DNA from: Vulcanisaeta distributa DSM 14429
GTDB lineage: Archaea; Thermoproteota; Thermoprotei; Thermoproteales; Thermocladiaceae
Direction: 5' to 3'
DNA: 32,000 nucleotides
NCBI RefSeq assembly: GCF_000148385.1
Contig: NC_014537.1
Location: 2,310,001-2,342,000 of the forward strand
Positions within the stretch are counted from its first letter, which is position 1. Every line of letters starts with the position of its first letter. Both the position numbers and the translations under genes were made by a program. Shown here one piece after another: positions 1-7,460 of this stretch. A model generated the notes under the pieces. It saw only the letters and a program-made list of their open reading frames with translations, was not told the DNA's origin and did no database searches.

Positions 1-593
1 TCATAACACTAGCCGGCCTAATAGTTGGTACTGCGGGCACTCTCTCAATGGCCGTGGGGGCTTACATGTCGACGAAGGCCCAGAGGGATATTAGGGAGAC
101 CATGCTCTCGAAGATAGACATAGAGCTTGAGAACCTAGACGTGGAGGATAGGACGAGGAGGGTTAAGGATGCATTGAGTAGGATGGGTATCGACGAGAAA
201 ACAGCCAGTGAGGTAGCCCCCAGCCTATCAATCGATGTAAACATCAGCAAGAGGATAACGGAAGTAAGCGAGGTCGGCCTATCCGAGGAGGCACTCGAAA
301 GCCCTGGCAGGTCGGCCCTATACACGGGCATTTTCTACCTAATAGGAGCACTACTCGTTATTGCGCCATTCCCACTACTTGGCCACTTAATCGGTAACGT
401 GGGCTCACTCTACGTATCAATAATACTCGTGGCCCTGGCCCAGGCCATTAGCGGTCTACTAACGGCGATATCAGGGAGCGGCCGCATAGCGCGCACAATG
501 ATCATGAACGTAGCCCTATCCCTCGGCGCCGCGGCAGCCACATACACAATAGGTACAGTGGCCCATCAACTACTGCATATTGCCATAACCTAA
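1..593 (+). CDS. VIT1/CCC1-family iron/manganese transporter, C-terminal part (5' end lies outside the window)
   Basis: The frame is open from base 3 (ITLAGLIVGTAGTLSMAVGAYMSTKAQRD...), so the ATG at 48 is internal. An acidic cytosolic helix region (ELENLDVEDRTRRVKDAL) is followed by Gly/Ala-rich TM helices up to the stop at 591-593, which is the typical VIT1/CCC1 C-terminal layout. Confidence 0.7.
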   Translation, partial: ITLAGLIVGTAGTLSMAVGAYMSTKAQRDIRETMLSKIDIELENLDVEDRTRRVKDALSRMGIDEKTASEVAPSLSIDVNISKRITEVSEVGLSEEALESPGRSALYTGIFYLIGALLVIAPFPLLGHLIGNVGSLYVSIILVALAQAISGLLTAISGSGRIARTMIMNVALSLGAAAATYTIGTVAHQLLHIAIT

Positions 594-1009
594 CCTGGCG
601 TGCACGAGCCCCTAGAGACCCTACCTAACTCATCCCTAAAGCACCAAATGCCATTACCAGCATCAATAATGACCACCCTCAACTCCGTCAGAGCCTTATC
701 ACTAAGGATTACGTAATCCACGGATTCGGAAACCACTGGCGTTAACCCAATTATTGGCGTGTCCCTATCATTGACTAACACCTTAACATCAATATTTTCC
801 TTAAGGCGATATATTGGAGCAATACCCGACGCAGTACGTACCGCGTAAACCTCAACATTACCACCCGAGAGGCCCAACCCAAGTCTTTGGGCAACATTCA
901 CGGGCATTAATATGTCCGGACCCAGGCCCTCAAACCCCGTATTGGCTAAGGCACAGGTAACTAATTCATTGCTTCCCTTCCTTAACATTATCCTTAACCA
1001 AGTGGTCAT
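590..1009 (-). CDS. Retropepsin-like (clan AA, DTGF-type) small protein, paralogue 1, with Asn at the expected catalytic Asp (ALANTGFEG)
   Basis: 139 aa. It has an N-terminal beta-strand (WLRIMLR), then the loop ALANTGFEG, then ILMPVNVAQRLGLG, YVILSDKAL and a terminal VVIIDAGNGIWCF strand. This is the order of elements in small prokaryotic retropepsin-like proteins. It is a clear paralogue of 4418..4849. Confidence 0.55.
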   Translation of the reverse strand: MTTWLRIMLRKGSNELVTCALANTGFEGLGPDILMPVNVAQRLGLGLSGGNVEVYAVRTASGIAPIYRLKENIDVKVLVNDRDTPIIGLTPVVSESVDYVILSDKALTELRVVIIDAGNGIWCFRDELGRVSRGSCTPG

Positions 1010-1127
1010 TCCTTCTCAATCCCCTGACATACTCATCATATGTCCCTAAATAAGCAATATATCTAATATAACCAACGAAGCCCCTGACCTCAAGCTTGGG
1101 CAATCCCCTCTTATCACTACTCGGCAT
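966..1127 (-). other. Leader / overlapping upstream small ORF U1 (53 codons) ahead of retropepsin-like paralogue 1; coding status unresolved
   Basis: My own translation of the minus strand gives MPSSDKRGLPKLEVRGFVGYIRYIAYLGTYDEYVRGLRRNDHLVKDNVKEGKQ*. The ATG is at 1127 and the stop at 966-968. It overlaps the 590..1009 gene by 44 nt, and that gene lies in the +1 frame relative to U1. The A/T box TTTTTAAG (1149-1156, minus strand) sits at -29..-22 from this ATG. It is below the ORF-track length cutoff. Confidence 0.3.
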
Positions 1128-1190
1128 CGAAATATTACCTATTCAGGGCTTAAAAACCGATTGTTCTTAGATCAAGGATCAAGATTTAAA

Positions 1191-1217
1191 CACCCCTGTG
1201 TATAATATACAGGGGTG
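1191..1217. promoter_or_regulatory. Perfect 9-bp inverted repeat (CACCCCTGT-N9-ACAGGGGTG) enclosing a TATAATATA loop, immediately upstream of the ATPase start
   Basis: Read directly as cacccctgt gtataatat acaggggtg. It ends 8 nt before the ATG at 1226. An additional A/T box, TTTAAACA, lies at 1186-1193. This geometry fits an operator overlapping the core promoter. Confidence 0.5.
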
Positions 1218-1225
1218 CTTATTTC

Positions 1226-2314
1226 ATGCTATTCGACCTTGAGCCAAAATCGAAGAGAGAAGACCTATTCGGTAGAGATAACGAGGTAAATGCCATCGTA
1301 AACTTCATAAGGAGTAAGTCAAGGTTCCTTGCAATATACGGAATTAGGCGTGTAGGTAAGACATCGGTGCTAAGGGTCTCCCTAAATGAGGCAAGCATAC
1401 CCTATTGCTACATTGATGCAAGAATGCTTGAGAATGACTTCACAAAAAGAAGACTTTACCAACTAATATCAAACTGCCTGACCGAATTATCCATTAAATG
1501 GCGCCTTGAGAATGCCATTAGGAATATCACAAGGGCAGTTCGGGGCATAAACATACTCGATAGCGGCATTGAACTTAATGTTGAGATTGATTGGAGGAAC
1601 GCCCATTTGACGGACTTACTAAACGCACTATCCATGAACCTAAGCCAAATAGTGATTGCAATTGACGAAGCCCAAATACTCAGAATGATGAAGGGATTCG
1701 GCAAGATTGATTTCACACAAGTACTCGCCTATACATACGATAACCTAAATAATGTTAAGGTCGTACTAACGGGCTCCGAGGTCGGCCTACTGCATGACTT
1801 CCTCGGCCTTGATAACCCCAAATCACCACTTTACGGTAGGTTCGTCGAGGAGCTAACAATAAAACCATTCAGTAGGGGCGCATCAATTCAATTCCTAATA
1901 ACCGGCTTTAGACAATACGGAGTTGAAGTAACAATAAATGAAGTACTTGACGTAGTCGATAAGCTCGATGGTATCGTAGGGTGGCTAACATACTACGGTA
2001 ATGCCAGGGTACGCGGAATAAATAATATCAATGAAATTTATGAGAGGGCTATGAAACTCATAGACGGCGACTTGAAGTCACTATTAAGTAGGTCAATTTA
2101 TTATGGGTTGGTGCTAGAGGCTATAGCCAGGGGTAGAAAGCACTTTAATGAGATTAGAGAGTACATAACACTAAGACTCAATAAGTACGTGGCACTAAGC
2201 GAGGTCGAGAGGGCCTTAAGCAATCTAATGAAGATGAGCATAATAACTAGGGTAGCCCATGGCGAGTACGAAATAATGGACCCAATAATAAGAATGAAAT
2301 TCAGCCAGGTTTGA
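1226..2314 (+). CDS. Archaeal ATPase (Arch_ATPase/PF01637-type AAA) with DUF234-like C-terminal winged-helix region
   Basis: Walker A is YGIRRVGKTS and Walker B is VIAIDEAQ. The N-terminal F-G-R-D-x-E motif (LFGRDNEV) and the C-terminal YEIMDPIIRMKF are typical of DUF234 tails. Confidence 0.85.
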   Translation: MLFDLEPKSKREDLFGRDNEVNAIVNFIRSKSRFLAIYGIRRVGKTSVLRVSLNEASIPYCYIDARMLENDFTKRRLYQLISNCLTELSIKWRLENAIRNITRAVRGINILDSGIELNVEIDWRNAHLTDLLNALSMNLSQIVIAIDEAQILRMMKGFGKIDFTQVLAYTYDNLNNVKVVLTGSEVGLLHDFLGLDNPKSPLYGRFVEELTIKPFSRGASIQFLITGFRQYGVEVTINEVLDVVDKLDGIVGWLTYYGNARVRGINNINEIYERAMKLIDGDLKSLLSRSIYYGLVLEAIARGRKHFNEIREYITLRLNKYVALSEVERALSNLMKMSIITRVAHGEYEIMDPIIRMKFSQV

Positions 2315-2318
2315 TAAT

Positions 2319-2338
2319 GAGCCGACTTAAGGCGGCTC
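2319..2338. terminator. GC-rich hairpin (GAGCCG-N8-CGGCTC) between the convergent ATPase and hutU genes
   Basis: Seen in sequence in the 27-nt gap between the stops at 2314 and 2342. Archaeal termination normally relies on oligo-T, so its function is uncertain. Confidence 0.25.
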
Positions 2339-2341
2339 TGA

Positions 2342-4204
2342 CTAAGTATTGAAGGGCGCCCTATAGTTTTGCTTCCTCGCCTCATACTCCTCAAGATCCT
2401 TCTTAACCCTCTCATACGTGAACCTACTAATCCTACCCTCCCTATACGCCTCCTCAATCACACGCTTACTCTTCTCCTCAAGCCTATCAATAATTGGTAT
2501 CCTGACACCCTTTTCCCTAGCAACCATCAGGGACTTCGGATATCCAGCATGGGCATGCCTAACAATACCCGATCCCGGGTCTACAGTGAAGACCCTGAGG
2601 GCCTTCTCCTCAGCAAGCTCAGTACCATCAACAACCATACCAAAACCAGCATGAATACTAAATCCGACCCCGACACCGCCGCCGTGATGGAAGCAAGTCC
2701 ATGTGGCGCCAGCGGCAGTGTTTAGCGCGTAGTTCAGTATTGGCCAGTCACCTATTGCGTCTGAGCCGTCTAGCATGCCCTCAGTCTCCCTGAAGGGCGA
2801 AGCAACAGATCCACTGTCTAAGTGATCCCTGCCGAACCATATCGGCCCACTTAACTCGCCCTTCCTAACCATCTCACTAACGATCTTACCGAATAATGCC
2901 CTCTCACCATAGCCTAGGTAAACCACCCTGGCAGGTAGTCCCTGGAATTTCACGTATTGGTGGGCGTTCTTAATCCACCTGACTAGTCTTGGGTTTTTCT
3001 TCTCGAAGAGTGTTATTAATACGTCATCTAGTTTGTATATGTCGTTTGGATCACCGACTAGGCTTGTCCACCTGAATGGTCCACGGCCCTCCTCGAACAA
3101 TGGCCTCATGTACTCCATTTGCCCTGGTATCTTGAATGCATCCTCAACACCGGCATCATATGCCTGCTTCCTTAGGTTATTGCCGTACTCGAAGGTCACG
3201 GCACCCCTGGCCTGCAGTTGAAGCATTAGTTGCACGTGCTTCTTCATTGTCTCCTTAGCCAATAGTATGTACTTCTCTGGGTCACTCTTCCTTAGCTGTT
3301 CAGCCTGCTCTACAGCGAGTCCTTGAGGTACGTAGGATAATGGGTCGTGAGCTGGTGTTTGGTCCGTGAGTATGTCAGGGACTATGTTCTCCTTAACTAA
3401 CTTCTCGAGTAGGTCCACGGCATTAGCGAGGACACCTATGCTCGTTGCTTGCCTTCTCTCCTTCGCATCGAGGGCCATGTCTATGGCCTTGTCCAGGTTG
3501 TCTGTCCACGTGTCCAGGTAACCAGTATCTATCATCCTCTGTATCATCCTCTTATCAACATCAGCTATTAACGCCACACCGCCAAGCATCTTAATGGCCA
3601 ATGGCTGTGCACCACCCATGTTTCCAAGCCCAGCACTAACCACTAACCTACCTTCGAGTGAGCCACCAAAGTGCCTGTCCGCTGCCGCCCCAATTGTTTC
3701 GTAGGTTCCCTGGAGAATGCCCTGGGTTCCAATGTAAGCCCAGCAACCAGCGGTCATTTGGTGGAAGCTTATCAATCCCTTGGCCTCGAGCTCCCAGAAT
3801 ATCTTCCAATCGGCCCACTTGGGAACGAGCATGGCATTGCTCATCAAAACCCTCGGTGCATGCTTACCGAGTTTCCAAATGGCCACGGGCTGGCCACTCT
3901 GTATCACTAGTGTGTCTTCGCTGTCCATAGTAAGTAGGGAATCCACGATGGCCTCGAAGTCATCCCACGAACGCGCGGCCTTACCCGTACCGCCATAGAC
4001 GATTAGATTCTTTGGATCCTTGGCGACCGCGGGATCGAGCACGTGGAAGAGCATCCGCAGTGGACCCTCGAGTTGCCAATCACGGCTATGTACGTGAAGC
4101 TCTGTGCCGGTGATCGCGTGGACGGTCCTGGTCTCAGGGTCGTAATAACCGGCCGAGATTAATTCCTCGATGGGCCTGCCCCTGTATTTTTGAGGGACTG
4201 ACAT
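2342..4204 (-). CDS. hutU: Urocanate hydratase (urocanase)
   Basis: Diagnostic blocks are LIVYGGTGKAARSWDDFE, MTAGCWAYIGTQGILQGTYET, GGLGNMGGAQPLA and CFHHGGGVG. The track ORF starts at a TTG at 4213, but the ATG at 4204 (MSVPQKY...) is the more likely start. It carries an N-terminal extension of about 30 aa and a C-terminal extension of about 60 aa relative to the bacterial enzymes I remember. Confidence 0.95.
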   Translation of the reverse strand: MSVPQKYRGRPIEELISAGYYDPETRTVHAITGTELHVHSRDWQLEGPLRMLFHVLDPAVAKDPKNLIVYGGTGKAARSWDDFEAIVDSLLTMDSEDTLVIQSGQPVAIWKLGKHAPRVLMSNAMLVPKWADWKIFWELEAKGLISFHQMTAGCWAYIGTQGILQGTYETIGAAADRHFGGSLEGRLVVSAGLGNMGGAQPLAIKMLGGVALIADVDKRMIQRMIDTGYLDTWTDNLDKAIDMALDAKERRQATSIGVLANAVDLLEKLVKENIVPDILTDQTPAHDPLSYVPQGLAVEQAEQLRKSDPEKYILLAKETMKKHVQLMLQLQARGAVTFEYGNNLRKQAYDAGVEDAFKIPGQMEYMRPLFEEGRGPFRWTSLVGDPNDIYKLDDVLITLFEKKNPRLVRWIKNAHQYVKFQGLPARVVYLGYGERALFGKIVSEMVRKGELSGPIWFGRDHLDSGSVASPFRETEGMLDGSDAIGDWPILNYALNTAAGATWTCFHHGGGVGVGFSIHAGFGMVVDGTELAEEKALRVFTVDPGSGIVRHAHAGYPKSLMVAREKGVRIPIIDRLEEKSKRVIEEAYREGRISRFTYERVKKDLEEYEARKQNYRAPFNT

Positions 4205-4314
4205 GGTGATCAAAGTATGATTTATTTATTACTGTATTTTTATTTTTCCGTATTGGTTATAATATGGGGCTAATTTAATCAAGTTTTTATACCTGGTTGT
4301 TAAGTTAATTTATT

Positions 4315-4491
4315 GTGAATAGGATTGGTAGGTTGTATAGGATTGATGGGGACGTGGAAGTTAGGGGTAGGATTGGTAGGCTTTATCCTGCCTATAAGCA
4401 TCCGTGGGTGATCGAGCTTGGCGGTGAGGATTCGAGTAAGGTTGAGAACGAGGGAAGGGAGGGAGGAGGCCACGATAGCTCTGGTCAATAG
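4315..4491 (+). other. Leader / overlapping upstream small ORF U2 (58 codons) ahead of retropepsin-like paralogue 2; coding status unresolved
   Basis: My own translation from the GTG at 4315 gives VNRIGRLYRIDGDVEVRGRIGRLYPAYKHPWVIELGGEDSSKVENEGREGGGHDSSGQ*, with the stop at 4489-4491. It overlaps 4418..4849 by 74 nt, and that gene lies in the +1 frame relative to U2. The A/T box TTTTTATA (4284-4291) sits at -31..-24 from the GTG. Confidence 0.3.
4320..4380 (+). repeat. Three direct copies of TAGGATTG (4320, 4338, 4368); the outer two are exact 13-mers TAGGATTGGTAGG
   Basis: Read directly as t aggattggtagg ttgta taggattgatgg ggacgtggaagttagggg taggattggtagg. The copies are spaced 18 and 30 bp apart. 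Confidence 0.65.
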
Positions 4492-4849
4492 TGGTTTTGA
4501 AAGTGATACTCCGCAGATATTATTACCAATGACTTTAGCCAGGCGCCTTGGGTTGTGGGATAAGGTCCTGGTTGAAGGTAGGATTCAGCTGTTTGGTACC
4601 GTGGCGGGCCCAACCAGGCTATACATACTGCCTTCGTCGATCTACGTGTCGATAATTGAAGACGACTATGAAACAACGCCCGTACTTTCCGATGCAGTTA
4701 TTTCTGAGATTGAGCGTGAGGTTTTAATTAGTGATTACCTTGCTGGTTCTCTGGGTATTATCGTTGAGGATTTTAGGAATGGCGTTTGGAGAATCAGCGG
4801 CGATCCTAATGGTAGGGCTAGGAGGAGTTATAGACCACAGTATTGGTAA
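4418..4849 (+). CDS. Retropepsin-like (clan AA, DTGF-type) small protein, paralogue 2, with Asn at the expected catalytic Asp (ALVNSGFES)
   Basis: 143 aa, starting at a TTG at 4418 or a GTG at 4424. The element order is the same as in 590..1009: IRVRLR strand, ALVNSGFES, ILLPMTLARRLGLW, VLISDYLAGSLG, IIVEDFRNGVWRI. Confidence 0.55.
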   Translation: MAVRIRVRLRTREGREEATIALVNSGFESDTPQILLPMTLARRLGLWDKVLVEGRIQLFGTVAGPTRLYILPSSIYVSIIEDDYETTPVLSDAVISEIEREVLISDYLAGSLGIIVEDFRNGVWRISGDPNGRARRSYRPQYW

Positions 4850-5052
4850 TGTGTTAAACATCGTATAGCCTATAACATGTAGTGCATTGACTGGTTAGTG
4901 TTATAATGCTACAATCTAGAGTAACCTGTTTAATCTTAATAAGGTTTCTTTAAGTTATTTATGAGGGTATTGAAATTATGCTCAATCTTTATGTTTGTGA
5001 GAAGGAATTGAATTTATCAATTTAATTTTGAAATTCATCATTACTCACTACT

Positions 5053-6534
5053 TTATTTTGGTGGTGGTAAACCCGCGAAGAAGGCTACTGATAGGCCTAG
5101 GGCTATTAATATTATGATTATTAGTGATACTATGTAAGCAGCTATCATACGCCCAGCCCTTATCTCGGCAAACGTCTTGAACCTAGTCGTAAGCCCTATT
5201 GACATGAATGTGAGGGCGAAGAAGAAGTACCTAAATAACTCGGTCTGTGGCGTTATACCGCCAACCATGAACTTCCACGACACGGTGGCGCCAACCGTGA
5301 AACCGATGCCCCATAGTATTAACCATGTGGCTAAGTAACCAAGGACGAACTTGGGAAATCTAAACCAGATTTGCATGGCTGGAACCCTCTCTCCAGGCTT
5401 TCTCTCGATTCTAGTCACCCATATCACGGCAAGTATAAATGCCCATAACCCAATCCATATGTCAATAAATACCTTAGTCATGACTGCCGTCGTTAATACC
5501 CAAGTCTTATAAATGGCGAGACCCGGCTGGGCGCTGATTAAGGCGTCAGTCAAGGCGCCGCTTGCGGCGGCCGCGCCATCGGTCTTAACGGATAGGCCCA
5601 TCCAAGCACCAGCGGCGTAAGGCGCCCATTTTAGGAACGTAGCGGCCACGAACGGCAGTATCACCAGTTCTATTGCTGCGAATAATACTATTATTGATGC
5701 CACGGTTGCCGGCACTATTGATGGGGCGCCTATCGCCGCGGCTGTGGCTATTGCTGCGGATACACCACATATACTAACGCCCGATGCGAGTGTTGCTGAC
5801 CACTTAATGTCGAGCTTGAATACCTTACAAGATATTAGGTATGAGATTGGCCAGTAAATTAGGTAGGCAGCGACTATGGCAATAAGCGATCTCTCAACGA
5901 GGCCGACAGCTAATGATATGTACCTTAACGATGAGGCACCGACTAGGGCTCCCAGGAGGACTATGGCAGTCTTTATGTACCACTCAGTCCTGGCGCCCGT
6001 TTCTAGAACTGCCGGTAACTTCTTGTAGAATATTACGTTGGATATGAATAGGCCCACGAGTAGTAGGTATATTAATATACCGTCTGCCCCCACGGGTATT
6101 GACCAGGTGATGTGAAGCTTAGTGTATTGATCAGGCGTGGCGTTGAAGTAGGCATAGCCAAAGAGCCACCAGAAACCGAAGGTTAATATGAACATTATTG
6201 TGAAACCCGCCATGAACCTCTTAACGTTATGACCCATTAACCAGGCCGCAAACGTCAGAATAACCAGTAGGAATAAGTAGAAGAAAAGAACACTAAACAA
6301 CGGGCTTAGGCCCAGGTATGCCTTAGTCATCGTCAATGCCTGCCCAACAATTACTATGCTCTTTGATGGGTTAAGCCATGGCGCCGAGGCTCTAGGTACC
6401 CAACCAAGTAAGTAAATGCCGTAATACCCAGGTAATGACAGGAAGAATATGAGGAGACCAATCCACAGCGCCCACCAATCTTCCTTCTTCCATAGTGATG
6501 ACCAATCAATCTTTGCCGTTGTTTGGGTCGCCAT
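5053..6534 (-). CDS. Polytopic membrane protein, YeiH/UPF0324-like putative (sulfate) exporter family
   Basis: 493 aa with at least 12 predicted TM helices. The block GVSICGVSAAIATAAAIGA resembles the conserved ICG-SAI-A segment of the UPF0324/YeiH family. Confidence 0.55.
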   Translation of the reverse strand: MATQTTAKIDWSSLWKKEDWWALWIGLLIFFLSLPGYYGIYLLGWVPRASAPWLNPSKSIVIVGQALTMTKAYLGLSPLFSVLFFYLFLLVILTFAAWLMGHNVKRFMAGFTIMFILTFGFWWLFGYAYFNATPDQYTKLHITWSIPVGADGILIYLLLVGLFISNVIFYKKLPAVLETGARTEWYIKTAIVLLGALVGASSLRYISLAVGLVERSLIAIVAAYLIYWPISYLISCKVFKLDIKWSATLASGVSICGVSAAIATAAAIGAPSIVPATVASIIVLFAAIELVILPFVAATFLKWAPYAAGAWMGLSVKTDGAAAASGALTDALISAQPGLAIYKTWVLTTAVMTKVFIDIWIGLWAFILAVIWVTRIERKPGERVPAMQIWFRFPKFVLGYLATWLILWGIGFTVGATVSWKFMVGGITPQTELFRYFFFALTFMSIGLTTRFKTFAEIRAGRMIAAYIVSLIIIILIALGLSVAFFAGLPPPK

Positions 6535-6647
6535 ACTTATCGAGGTCTATTCATAGGTGTCAAAAATAAGACTTGTTGCACTTACTTATAATATTTATAC
6601 GCGGAATAATATTTAAAAATTATAACTAGATTAACTAAATTGTTGCT

Positions 6648-6707
6648 GAATATTCTTAAGATTATAATAATAAATATAAATTAATTATAAGGAAGTTAAG
6701 AATATTC
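6648..6707. promoter_or_regulatory. 12-bp inverted repeat GAATATTCTTAA / TTAAGAATATTC (36-bp spacer) in the AT-rich spacer upstream of vapB
   Basis: The arms lie at 6648-6659 and 6696-6707. Each contains the palindromes GAATATTC and CTTAAG. The right arm ends 80 bp before the vapB GTG. Confidence 0.35.
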
Positions 6708-6786
6708 GGAAGTATTTCTTAAGCTTTAGCTTTATTTATTTTAACTTAGTAGAAATGCTTTTATTGAAGTAATTATTTAGTTTATT

Positions 6787-7026
6787 GTGAAGACCTTGGT
6801 TAAGGTTACTAGGAATTATCAGGTCACGATACCCGCGGGCATTAGGGAGAGGCTCGGGATTAAGGTTGGTGATTTGTTGAGTGTTGAGGTTGATGGTGAT
6901 CGTATTATCCTTAAGAAGGTTATTCAGGAGATACCAATGATCAGGTTGGGTAGGGAGTTAACAATTGATGATATTAATAGACTCATTGAGGAGGGTTTGA
7001 TGAGGAATGTCAGAGGCAGTGATTGA
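6787..7026 (+). CDS. vapB: AbrB/SpoVT/MazE-fold antitoxin (VapB-type)
   Basis: The N-terminal swapped-hairpin signature is KVTRNYQVTIPAGIRERLGIKVGDLLSVEVDGDRIILKK. The start is GTG, and it overlaps the downstream PIN gene by 20 nt. Confidence 0.8.
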   Translation: MKTLVKVTRNYQVTIPAGIRERLGIKVGDLLSVEVDGDRIILKKVIQEIPMIRLGRELTIDDINRLIEEGLMRNVRGSD

Positions 7027-7414
7027 TACTAATGCGTTGATATTTTATATAGTCGAGGATTCTAGGGAGCATGCCAGGGCTGTCGAGGTTTTAAACGACC
7101 TGAATAGGTGGTTCCTACCTCACATTGTTATTTATGAGCTGGCTTGGTTTTTTAGATCCGTTAATGTGCCGAGGGATCGTGCTACGGACATTTTAAGTAA
7201 CTTAATTAACCATAGGAAGGTGGTTTTAGTGTGTGATAATGACATTATTAAATGGGTATTACGTGTGATGCGGGATGTTGGCTGGGGGCTTGGCGGTTTT
7301 AATGATCTGGTAATACTTGGGACTGCGTATGTACTTGGTAAGCCTTTATTCACGTTTGATGAGGAATTAAAGAGGAGGGCTAAGAGGGTAGGTGTTGAGG
7401 TTCTTGAGGTTTAA
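7007..7414 (+). CDS. vapC: PIN-domain ribonuclease toxin (VapC-type)
   Basis: It has an N-terminal VIDTNALI with the first acidic residue, a conserved Y-E-L segment (VIYELAWF), a distal FNDLVILGTA and a C-terminal FTFDEEL. At 135 aa the size is typical. Confidence 0.8.
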   Translation: MSEAVIDTNALIFYIVEDSREHARAVEVLNDLNRWFLPHIVIYELAWFFRSVNVPRDRATDILSNLINHRKVVLVCDNDIIKWVLRVMRDVGWGLGGFNDLVILGTAYVLGKPLFTFDEELKRRAKRVGVEVLEV

Positions 7415-7460
7415 ATTCGTGACGTAGTACTTTTAATACTATCGTCATTGTCTATCTTGT

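Noticed and set aside
966-1009. Programmed ribosomal frameshift fusing the upstream small ORFs to the retropepsin-like genes. Both genes lie in the +1 frame relative to their uORFs, and the same arrangement occurs at 4412-4491.
   Set aside because: I could find no recognisable slippery heptamer or known +1 shift site in either overlap. The paralogues' N-terminal strands start right at their own start codons. The idea is kept only as an alternative to test, not as a call.
4209-4215. A shared heptamer CTTTGAT (plus-strand ATCAAAG) lies just upstream of both hutU (4209-4215) and hutH (15509-15515), suggesting a possible hut-box.
   Set aside because: A single 7-mer shared between two AT-rich regions of about 100 bp is expected by chance. 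It is absent upstream of hutI, the hutG candidate and the permease.
4300-4488. A 62-aa minus-strand ORF with repeated PTNP/PINP peptides across the 4320-4380 repeat region.
   Set aside because: The peptide repeats are simply the reverse-complement reading of the TAGGATTG DNA repeats. The ORF would start inside paralogue 2 (at 4488), antisense to its conserved N-terminus, with no promoter box.
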